Under the pieces are notes generated by a model. That model searched no databases, was not told where the DNA came from, and saw nothing but the letters and a program-made list of their open reading frames with translations. A DNA stretch of 64,000 nucleotides, taken from Puniceicoccales bacterium (GTDB taxonomy: Bacteria; Verrucomicrobiota; Verrucomicrobiia; Opitutales; JAIRLG01). Both the position numbers and the translations under genes were made by a program. Numbering within the stretch: position 1 is the stretch's first letter; each line of letters starts with the position of its first letter. The stretch is taken from assembly GCA_031288595.1 (NCBI GenBank), contig JAITRB010000003.1:27861-91860 (forward strand), written 5' to 3'. Shown one piece after another: positions 18,346 to 25,952 of the stretch.

Positions 18346-20322
18346 ATGGAAATTTCGGAACAGTCTAGCTGGCAGCTGGTGGCCCATAGCGCCCGTGGAC
18401 TGGTGATGGACATGGTCGCAACGGCGAAGTCGGGTCACCTGGGCACGCCATTGGGCTTGGCCGAGCTGGGAGCTGCCCTCTGGGGGAAGCTCCTGCACTA
18501 CCATCCTCGGGAACCCCGTTGGATGGGGCGTGACCGTCTAGTGCTCTCCGCCGGCCATGCCAGTGCTTGGCTCTATGCCTGGCTCCATCTGGCGGGCTAC
18601 GAACTTTCCATCGACGAGCTACGCTCCTTTCGCCAGAAAGGGAGCCGGACTCCCGGCCATCCCGAATTCGGCCGAACCCCTGGGGTAGAGTGCAGCACCG
18701 GCCCATTGGGGCAGGGTATCGGCAACGCGGTGGGAATGGCCGTCTCGGCCAAAATGCTGGCGGCGCGATTCGACACGGCTTCCTCCGGGCTCTTCGACTA
18801 TCGGGTGATCTGCGTCTGCGGTGATGGTTGTCTGCAGGAGGGCCTTTCTTCGGAGGCCTGCTCTCTAGCTGGCCTATGGCATCTGAACAACTTCATCCTT
18901 CTCTACGACGCGAACCAGGTCACGCTGGATGGCCCGTTGGCTCTCTCCCAGAACGAGGATGTGGTCCGACGCTTCGAGGCCTATGGCTTCGATGTACAGG
19001 AAATCGATGGCCATGACCTCACAGCTATCGTGCGGGCCTACGCCCAGGCCGCCCGTTCGGCTGAGCGTCCCCAGCTCATCATCGCCCATACGGTCATCGG
19101 TCGAGGCATAGTGGCCATCGAGGGCAGTTCCAAGGCGCATGGGGAGAGTGGGGCGCTCTATGCCCGGGAATTGCGCGAGAAGCTCGGACTTGGCCCGGAG
19201 CCCTTTTCCGTAGCTCCGGAGATCCGGGAATTTTTGAGGCAACAGCAAGGGCAACAGCTCACCTATTATCGGGATTGGCAGGAACGATTCGGGGATTGGA
19301 AACGGAAATTTCCGGGAAAAGCGGAGGAGCTGAGATCTCTAAGCGCTGGAGAGGATTTCGATTTGGCCGAAGGGGCAATCCCTGCCACGACCTCTCCGGA
19401 GGCCACGCGGAGCAGCTCCGGACGCATTCTGCAGGTTCTTGCCGAGCGGAACAGCTCCCTCGTTACAGGTAGCGCCGATCTCTTCAGCTCCTGCCGAAAT
19501 TACCTCGCATCGGCCGGAGACTTTTCCTCCTCCGATTTTGGGGGACGAAACCTGTTCTTCGGCGTGCGGGAGCAGGCCATGGGTTCCATCCTGAACGGCA
19601 TCGCCTATGACGGATTTTTTCGGCCATCGGGCTCCACTTTTCTCGTGTTTTCAGACTACCTGCGCCCGGTCATACGCCTGGCCGCCCTGGCGCACCTGGC
19701 CATCGTCTATGTCCTGACACACGATTCGGTTCTAGTCGGAGCGGATGGTCCGACGCACCAACCGGTGGAGCAGCTCGCTGCGCTGCGCTGTATCCCGAAC
19801 CTCGATGTCATCCGGCCAGCCGATGCGGAAGAAGTGCTGGGGGCCTGGCAGGCGGCCCTGGAGAGACGTGAAGGGCCTACGGCGCTGGTTCTTTCCCGCC
19901 AGGAGCTGCCGCCATTGGAAGGGCTTCCGGCCGCTCTGCGCCGGCAGGGTGTGAAGCGAGGCGCTTACATCGCCAGAGAGGAAACGCTGCCCCTTCGGAA
20001 AATCCTCCTGGCGACGGGCAGCGAGCTGGCACAGGCCCTGGAAGTCGGAGCGAAATATCCGGATACACGGGTCGTCTCGATGCCCTGTATGGAGCGCTTC
20101 GAACGGCTCAGCCCGGAGGAAAAAGAAGCCGTCTTGCCAGCCTCCTGTCGCAGAAGAGTGGCGATGGAGGCGGGTTCCGCTCAACCTTGGTATCGTTATG
20201 TGGGTGCGGAGGGGCGCGTCCTGAGCGTCGAGGATTTCGGGTTCAGCGCACCGGCCGAGGAACTGCGGGAACATTTTGGCCTGACAACCCTCCGCCTGGA
20301 GGCAATTTTGCAGGAGCTTTAG
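18346..20322 (+). CDS. tkt: Transketolase
   Basis: SGHLGTPLG, the GDGCLQEG ThDP motif and HDSVLVGADGPTHQPVEQLAALR are present. The protein is 658 aa. Confidence 0.9.
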   Translation: MEISEQSSWQLVAHSARGLVMDMVATAKSGHLGTPLGLAELGAALWGKLLHYHPREPRWMGRDRLVLSAGHASAWLYAWLHLAGYELSIDELRSFRQKGSRTPGHPEFGRTPGVECSTGPLGQGIGNAVGMAVSAKMLAARFDTASSGLFDYRVICVCGDGCLQEGLSSEACSLAGLWHLNNFILLYDANQVTLDGPLALSQNEDVVRRFEAYGFDVQEIDGHDLTAIVRAYAQAARSAERPQLIIAHTVIGRGIVAIEGSSKAHGESGALYARELREKLGLGPEPFSVAPEIREFLRQQQGQQLTYYRDWQERFGDWKRKFPGKAEELRSLSAGEDFDLAEGAIPATTSPEATRSSSGRILQVLAERNSSLVTGSADLFSSCRNYLASAGDFSSSDFGGRNLFFGVREQAMGSILNGIAYDGFFRPSGSTFLVFSDYLRPVIRLAALAHLAIVYVLTHDSVLVGADGPTHQPVEQLAALRCIPNLDVIRPADAEEVLGAWQAALERREGPTALVLSRQELPPLEGLPAALRRQGVKRGAYIAREETLPLRKILLATGSELAQALEVGAKYPDTRVVSMPCMERFERLSPEEKEAVLPASCRRRVAMEAGSAQPWYRYVGAEGRVLSVEDFGFSAPAEELREHFGLTTLRLEAILQEL

Positions 20323-20354
20323 CCCGAATGGGGAGGCGTGTGTATCATTCGGCT

Positions 20355-20453
20355 GGGCTGTCTTTGCAAGGGGCTCCGGAGGGCAGCTTATGCCCTCCGG
20401 ATCCCCTTGAGGCCCGCGCAGCGGGCGATTCCTTTGGAATCCAAAGACAGCCC
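20355..20453 (+). repeat. Cloverleaf palindromic repeat CLR-A, copy A4
   Basis: Outer stem gggctgtctttg/caaagacagccc. H1 is caagggg(c)tccggagggca-gctta-tgccctccgga(t)ccccttg. H2 is gcccgc-gca-gcgggc. H3 is gattcc-ttt-ggaatc. Confidence 0.85.
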
Positions 20454-20504
20454 CTTCCCATCAAATCCCCTCAGCAAAACCCAGCGCACTGCCAGCTTAT
20501 GCAT

Positions 20505-20530
20505 TTCCGATTTGAGAAAATCGGAATTTT
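20505..20530 (+). terminator. AT-rich hairpin plus T4, a possible weak intrinsic terminator between tkt and pgk
   Basis: The hairpin is ttccgattt-gaga-aaatcggaa, followed by tttt. Confidence 0.25.
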
Positions 20531-20567
20531 CCCAAAAATGGGGCATGTTTCAAACTGAGGAATTTCT

Positions 20568-21758
20568 ATGAAGACCATAAGAGAACTTGCCCTTGCCGGC
20601 AAAAGGGTCCTGCTGCGGGTGGATTTCAATGTTCCGCTGGACGAGCGGGGAAAGGTAGCGGACCGAACGCGCATCGAAGCCGCTCTGCCGACGATTCAGC
20701 ACCTCAGGCAACAGGGTGCCCGCGTAATTCTCATCAGCCACCTGGGACGACCCGAAGGAGAAAAACTAGCCAGGTATTCACTAAGGCCGGTAGCCGAAGC
20801 GCTGGAGCTCCTACTCAAGCACCCCGTCCGTTTCTGCGATGACTGCGTGGGCGAATCGGTTCAGAGAGCGGCGAGCGAGCTTCGGGATGGCGAGCTGCTC
20901 CTGCTGGAAAACCTGAGATTTTATAAGGAGGAAACGGAGAACGATCCCACCTTTGCCCAGAAGCTTGCTGCTTTGGCCGAGGCCTATGTCGACGATGCTT
21001 TTGGATGTGCGCATCGGGCCCACGCGTCGACGGTCGGGGTGACGAAATTTCTCTCGCCCTGCGCGGCCGGACTCTTGGTTGAGAAGGAGCTGAGCTATCT
21101 GGGGGAAAAAATTTCCCATCCGGAGCGGCCGCTGAGCATCATCCTGGGCGGCGCGAAGGTGAGTGACAAGATAGGGATCATCCAAGCCCTGCTGGATAGG
21201 GCGGATAAGATGCTCATCGGCGGAGCAATGGCCTATACCTTTTCGGCGGCTCTGGGCCATGCCGTTGGCCGGAGTCTGGTCGAACCGGACAAATTCGACG
21301 TGGCCCTAGCGGCGATGGCCAAGGCGAAACAACGGGATATCTGCCTGCTCCTGCCAGTCGACCATATCGTCAGCGATTCCGTTGATTGCACCGCGCGTAC
21401 CGTGGGGACATTGAGGACAGTGAAGGAGAATGAGCTTCGGGAAAGGGACATCGCCGTCGACATCGGCCCGAAGACGGTGGCACTCTACTCACAGACAATA
21501 GCCAATTCCAAAACCGTGCTCTGGAATGGTCCTATGGGGATTTTTGAAATTACGGACTGCGCGGTCGGTACCCTGGCCATCGCCCGGGCCGCGGCTGAAT
21601 CACCGGCGACCTCCATCATCGGTGGCGGGGATTCCATCAAGGCCGTTCGGGAAAGCGGCTATGCCTCGAAAATTTCCTTCATGAGTACCGGTGGTGGGGC
21701 GAGCCTGGAATATCTGGAAGGAAAAATCCTGCCCGGAATCGCGGCCCTTGATGACTGA
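20568..21758 (+). CDS. pgk: Phosphoglycerate kinase
   Basis: RVDFNVPLD, ILISHLGRP and the C-terminal STGGGASLEYLEGK are present. The protein is 396 aa. Confidence 0.95.
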   Translation: MKTIRELALAGKRVLLRVDFNVPLDERGKVADRTRIEAALPTIQHLRQQGARVILISHLGRPEGEKLARYSLRPVAEALELLLKHPVRFCDDCVGESVQRAASELRDGELLLLENLRFYKEETENDPTFAQKLAALAEAYVDDAFGCAHRAHASTVGVTKFLSPCAAGLLVEKELSYLGEKISHPERPLSIILGGAKVSDKIGIIQALLDRADKMLIGGAMAYTFSAALGHAVGRSLVEPDKFDVALAAMAKAKQRDICLLLPVDHIVSDSVDCTARTVGTLRTVKENELRERDIAVDIGPKTVALYSQTIANSKTVLWNGPMGIFEITDCAVGTLAIARAAAESPATSIIGGGDSIKAVRESGYASKISFMSTGGGASLEYLEGKILPGIAALDD

Positions 21759-22260
21759 GACCATTCGCTTCCTGGGCATCGACTACGGCTCCCGACGCAT
21801 CGGCCTCAGCCATGGCGATACGGAGCTCTACACCGCACTGCCGCTACCGGCCATTTCTCCCCGCAATCCGGAGATATTTTGGCAAGAATTGCGGCAGCTA
21901 TTCACCTCATCTCCCTGGGACGTTTTTGTCGTAGGCTATCCGCTCCAGATGGACGGCCGTGTCGGCAGCCAGGCCAGGGAAGTGGACCATTTTATCTCGC
22001 AGCTGGAACGGAAATTTTCCCTGCCAGTCGTGCGCTCGGACGAGAGGCTTACGAGCGAAGAGGCCTTTGAGTACGTAAAAGCCTGCAGCAAAAGATGCCC
22101 GCGCCAGGCGTTTCAGTGGAAGCGTTTTCGCCAAAAGGGTCGGGTGGATTCCGAAGCGGCCGCCTTGATCCTGCAGGACCATCTGAATATCCTGAGGATT
22201 CCCATTCCCGATGCACTGGGGAATAGCGTTGACGGCGGCGGGCAAGACCTGCAGCCTTAG
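21751..22260 (+). CDS. ruvX: Putative pre-16S rRNA nuclease / Holliday-junction resolvase-like YqgF
   Basis: The N-terminus is IRFLGIDYGSRRIGLSHGD. ATG 21751 overlaps the pgk stop (ATGACTGA). The track start at 21691 lies inside pgk. Confidence 0.75.
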   Translation: MTETIRFLGIDYGSRRIGLSHGDTELYTALPLPAISPRNPEIFWQELRQLFTSSPWDVFVVGYPLQMDGRVGSQAREVDHFISQLERKFSLPVVRSDERLTSEEAFEYVKACSKRCPRQAFQWKRFRQKGRVDSEAAALILQDHLNILRIPIPDALGNSVDGGGQDLQP

Positions 22261-22282
22261 GCTCGGCCTTGGGATATTGCAT

Positions 22283-22357
22283 GCTCCCGTAGTTCAATGG
22301 ATAGAACATCGGTCTCCGGAACCGACGATCCGGGTTCGAGTCCCGGCAGGAGCGCCA
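22283..22357 (+). tRNA. tRNA-Arg (anticodon CCG), CCA encoded
   Basis: GCTCCCGTAGTTCAATGGATAGAACATCGGTCTCCGGAACCGACGATCCGGGTTCGAGTCCCGGCAGGAGCGCCA. Anticodon stem TCGGT/ACCGA with loop CTCCGGA. There is one C-A mismatch in the acceptor stem. Confidence 0.85.
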
Positions 22358-22410
22358 GGTGAAAGGTGGTAGGTTGGGTTTTTCAAGGTCGGCGTGGGTT
22401 TGGCCAGCGA

Positions 22411-22510
22411 GCTTAGCGCCTTTGAGCCCCCAGGGGGGCTCATGCCCGCTTCGCGGGCTGCGGATGAAAAAATGAAAATTTTCATTTTTTCATTCGCAAA
22501 GGCGCTAAGC
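22411..22510 (-). repeat. Cloverleaf palindromic repeat CLR-A, copy A5 (inverted order)
   Basis: Outer stem gcttagcgcctttg/caaaggcgctaagc is a perfect 14 bp. H3 is gagcccc-cagg-ggggctc. H2 is gcccgc-ttc-gcgggc. H1 is gcg(g)atgaaaaaatgaaaa/ttttcattttttcat(t)cgc. Confidence 0.85.
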
Positions 22511-22529
22511 CGAGCAAAATACCACCGAC

Positions 22530-24305
22530 TTGAGTGATGCTCAGGCCATCATGAAGGAAGCTGTGGAGCCGAAAATAAGGCGCTATTTCCAGTCCTTGGC
22601 GAAGAAGATTGAGGAACATGACCGGCATTACTATCGAGAAGCGCTTCCCCTTATCTCCGATTTCGAGTACGATTGCCTGAAGCACGAGTGGCGGGAGCTG
22701 CGCCAGAAATACCCTTCTCTGTGCCTGGAATCGGAAGGCGTAGGCGACGATCGGCAGGAGGGTTTTGCGAGCTTTCCTCATCTATCCCCGATGCTGAGCC
22801 TGGAGAATACCTATGACCGCTCGGAGGTGGATGCGTTCGATCGGCGCATTCGCCATAGCCTGGGAGAAGAAGGAAGGATCGAGTACGTTCTCGAGCATAA
22901 AATCGACGGCGTGGCGGTGAACCTTATCTATGAAAAGGGCCGTCTGGTACGTGTACTGACACGTGGGAATGGCCTTGAGGGTAACGATGTGAGCGAAAAT
23001 GTCCTGACAATTTCGGATGTGCCGAATTTTTTAGAGAATGCACCAGAGCATCTGGAGCTCCGAGGGGAAATCTATATTCCGCTAAAAGTCTTCAAGCGCC
23101 TTAATCGCCAACAGGAAGAGCTGGAGGAAAGTGTTTTTGCCAACCCGAGAAATTTGGCCGCCGGTACCCTGAAGACGAAGGACGTGAACGTAGTGCGGGA
23201 ACGCGATCTGCGGCTTTGGATCCACAGCCTGGGCACCTGCGAGGGACAGGAAATCCCAAGCCTGCTTGATTTTTTCCAGCAATTGCGGAGGTGGCATTTG
23301 CCGCGGGTCGAGTTTTTCGAGCTGGCCCACTCTCCAGAGGAGATTTGGAAAGGGATCGAGAACATTGATCGGCGCCGTTCCGCGCTGGATTTCGCGACTG
23401 ACGGAGCGGTGTTGAAGCTCAATGAGCGCCGCCTGCAGCGGATGCTGGGTGAGACCCAACGTGCCCCACGCTGGGCTTTTGCCTACAAATTTACGCCGGA
23501 GTGCGTCGAGACACGCCTGGAACGGATCGCACTGCAGGTAGGGCGCAGCGGAGTCGTGACCCCGATCGCCGAGTTGTTGCCGGTGTGGATTGCGGGTACA
23601 GAGGTCCGCCGCGCAACACTGCACAATGCCGCCGAAATTAGGCGGCGGGACATCCGCGAGGGCGATACCGTCCTGCTTGAAAAGGCCGGTGAGGTCATTC
23701 CGGCAGTCGCTGAGGTGGTTTTGGCCAAGAGGCCGAGGGACTCATCGCCCTTCGTCTTTCCTCAAAACTGTCCCCGCTGCGGCTCTCTCCTATGGCAGGC
23801 AGCTGGAGAAGTGGCCTGGCGCTGTCCCGATGAGGATTGTCCGGCCAAGGTAGAGGCTCGTATTTTGCACTTCGTCTCCCGTTCGGCGATGCACGTCGAG
23901 GGCCTGGGCGAAAGTCTCATCGCTCAGCTCTTCCAGAGGGGTTTTTTGAGGAATGTGGCGGATCTCTATGATCTCTCCGTCGAACGGCTCATGGCCTGTG
24001 AGAAAATTGGGCAGAAGTCTGCTGAAAAAATCCTGAGCCATCTCGAACGGAGCAAGGGACAAGCCCTGTGGCGCCTGCTCCACGGTCTGGGCATTCCGGG
24101 TATCGGAGAGAAGAGCGCGAAGGATTTGGAGAAGCTGTTTCCCTGCCTGAATGCTCTCCTGGCGGCTTCGGCCGAGGCCTTGACCACCATCCCTGGCATT
24201 GGGGGAAAAACAGCTGTGGATTGCGTGGCCTATCTTCGGCTGCCATCAATGCAAGAGATCATTTGCCGTCTGGAAGCGGCGGGTGTACGGAACATAGGGG
24301 CATAG
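22530..24305 (+). CDS. ligA: NAD-dependent DNA ligase LigA (short form, no BRCT domain)
   Basis: It has the adenylation motif EHKIDGVAV, a Zn finger CPRCGS...CPDEDCPAK and HhH repeats (GIPGIGEKSA, IPGIGGKTA). The ORF ends right after the HhH region. The start is TTG 22530 or ATG 22551. Confidence 0.9.
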   Translation: MSDAQAIMKEAVEPKIRRYFQSLAKKIEEHDRHYYREALPLISDFEYDCLKHEWRELRQKYPSLCLESEGVGDDRQEGFASFPHLSPMLSLENTYDRSEVDAFDRRIRHSLGEEGRIEYVLEHKIDGVAVNLIYEKGRLVRVLTRGNGLEGNDVSENVLTISDVPNFLENAPEHLELRGEIYIPLKVFKRLNRQQEELEESVFANPRNLAAGTLKTKDVNVVRERDLRLWIHSLGTCEGQEIPSLLDFFQQLRRWHLPRVEFFELAHSPEEIWKGIENIDRRRSALDFATDGAVLKLNERRLQRMLGETQRAPRWAFAYKFTPECVETRLERIALQVGRSGVVTPIAELLPVWIAGTEVRRATLHNAAEIRRRDIREGDTVLLEKAGEVIPAVAEVVLAKRPRDSSPFVFPQNCPRCGSLLWQAAGEVAWRCPDEDCPAKVEARILHFVSRSAMHVEGLGESLIAQLFQRGFLRNVADLYDLSVERLMACEKIGQKSAEKILSHLERSKGQALWRLLHGLGIPGIGEKSAKDLEKLFPCLNALLAASAEALTTIPGIGGKTAVDCVAYLRLPSMQEIICRLEAAGVRNIGA

Positions 24306-24372
24306 TTGCTTGCGGGAGCAGAGTTCTATTGCCGTCGATTATGCCGGAAAATCTGAACCCCTTGCTCCTCAT

Positions 24373-24475
24373 TTCGCCGCCTTTGCGGGGAGAAACATGG
24401 AAAGAACCCTTTCCATGTTTCTCCCCGAGGCCCGCGCAGCGGGCCGGGAGCCCTTCGGGCTCCAAAGGCGGCGAA
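24373..24475 (+). repeat. Cloverleaf palindromic repeat CLR-A, copy A6
   Basis: Outer stem ttcgccgcctttg/caaaggcggcgaa is a perfect 13 bp. H1 is a 19-bp perfect stem, cggggagaaacatggaaag-aacc-ctttccatgtttctccccg. H2 is ggcccgc-gca-gcgggcc. H3 is ggagccc-ttc-gggctcc. Confidence 0.9.
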
Positions 24476-24548
24476 CCCGCCCTGAATCCTGAATCACCGC
24501 TCGAGCTTCTCCAGGGGAAAGGGACTCGCAGGGAGTGGAAAAGTTTTT

Positions 24549-25262
24549 TCAGCTTGAAAAGCCCAGGTAGCGAATCCGGAGCTCTGGAAATTTTTCTGCT
24601 AATTCTGTCCGGAGCGAACCTATGGCTTCCGCCGACCACGGGCGAAAGTTCTGCCATTGCGGATTCAGGGTTTTCTGGGGACGAAATGACTGAATCGTCC
24701 ACTGCCTGGCTCCCCGCAGGGAAGCGGCGATGGCCAGCATATCCTCTCTCCTGTGGATTTCTGAGATTAAAGTTGTCCGAAATTCGTAATCTACAGAGCC
24801 ACTCAGGAGGGTTTGGACGGATTCCTGAATGCTCTCCAGGTTGGGGGAAATCCCGCTGATCGAGTCGTAGTAGGATGCCTGCAGGCAGTGCTTGATGTCC
24901 ATCGCGACAAAATCGAGAAGCTCTCCCTGTATCAGGGATTGCAGGACGTTGGGATGGATGCCGTTCGTGTCCAGCTTGGTGGCGAAGCCGAGGTCCCGAA
25001 TGCGCCGAAGCCAAGTCTCCAAATCGGGATGCAAAGTGGGCTCTCCTCCGGAGATGACCACGCCATCGAGAGCCTTTCGGCGCTTTTCTAGAAAGGTAAA
25101 AACTTCCTCTTCGGCGAGGCAGTTCCCGAACTGTTTCGGCTCGACCAATTCCGCATTGTGGCAAAACCCACAGCGAAAGTGGCAACCCTGGGTAAAGAGA
25201 ACACAGGCGAGCTTTTTGGGAAAGTCGATGGTGGAGTATTTCTGTATTCCGCCGATGCGCAT
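24549..25262 (-). CDS. Radical-SAM activating enzyme, NrdG-like (anaerobic RNR activase family)
   Basis: The N-terminus is GGIQKYSTIDFPKKLACVLFTQGCHFRCGFCHN (CxxxCxxC cluster), followed by VVISGGEPTL. The protein is 237 aa. Confidence 0.7.
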   Translation of the reverse strand: MRIGGIQKYSTIDFPKKLACVLFTQGCHFRCGFCHNAELVEPKQFGNCLAEEEVFTFLEKRRKALDGVVISGGEPTLHPDLETWLRRIRDLGFATKLDTNGIHPNVLQSLIQGELLDFVAMDIKHCLQASYYDSISGISPNLESIQESVQTLLSGSVDYEFRTTLISEIHRREDMLAIAASLRGARQWTIQSFRPQKTLNPQWQNFRPWSAEAIGSLRTELAEKFPELRIRYLGFSS

Positions 25263-25403
25263 AGGATTCTATGTAAGTGTGGCTGTGATTTTTTCAATCA
25301 ATTGGGGAAAAGGGAAGAAAAATCTTCATCTTTTTTCTGCTGCTGAGGATTTGGTCTATCGGAGATGCGCTGCTCAAAAAAATGGCAGGATGGCGAGCCG
25401 AGC

Positions 25404-25850
25404 TTAGAGCTTGCTGAACTCGAATTCCACGATTTTGCTCAGGCGGCGCTCGTGGCGACCGCCTTCAAATTCGGTGTTGAAAAAGATATCCAACATTGCA
25501 TTGAGGAGCTCCGGTGAGGTATAGTCGCTGCCTGCACAGAGAACATTGGCATCATTATGCCGACGAGCCAAGCGGACCATTTCCTCATTCATGGACAGTG
25601 CCGCTCGAATACCCTGGAATTTATTGGCGGCGATGGACATACCCACCCCTGTTTGGCAGATGAGGATCCCAAAATTGGCCTTCATCGTCCGGATATCTTT
25701 GGCGATCTTTCGGGCGATATCCGGATAGTCCACCGCTGCGGTGTCCATGGTACCGCGGTCGATGACCTCGAAGCCCATCATCTCCAGATGGGCGATGACG
25801 GACTTTTTCAGTTCCACAGCGTGGTGGTCGACGCCTAAAGTGACAATCAT
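25404..25850 (-). CDS. rpiB: Ribose-5-phosphate isomerase B
   Basis: MIVTLGVDHHAVELK..., ILICQTGVGMSIAANK and RRHNDANVL match the RpiB/LacAB family. The protein is 148 aa. Confidence 0.85.
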   Translation of the reverse strand: MIVTLGVDHHAVELKKSVIAHLEMMGFEVIDRGTMDTAAVDYPDIARKIAKDIRTMKANFGILICQTGVGMSIAANKFQGIRAALSMNEEMVRLARRHNDANVLCAGSDYTSPELLNAMLDIFFNTEFEGGRHERRLSKIVEFEFSKL

Positions 25851-25952
25851 AGGAGCTCGTGAGCTGCTTGACGATGACCGGAGGTTTAGGAAAATCCGGT
25901 GACGGAAGCAAGATTTATTTCACACGGAAAGGGCAGAAATGCGAAAAATTTT

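Noticed and set aside
16329-22357. I considered whether tRNA-Pro and tRNA-Arg mark integration sites of genomic islands.
   Set aside because: There is no integrase, no direct repeat of the tRNA 3' end and no compositional shift. The flanking genes (SulP, tkt, pgk, ligA) are ordinary core genes.
24068-25185. Two long overlapping ORFs (24068-24859 on + and 24259-25185 on -) span repeat A6 and the NrdG-like gene.
   Set aside because: They run through the cloverleaf repeat and lie antisense to or out of frame with a well-supported radical-SAM gene. Their products are not protein-like.
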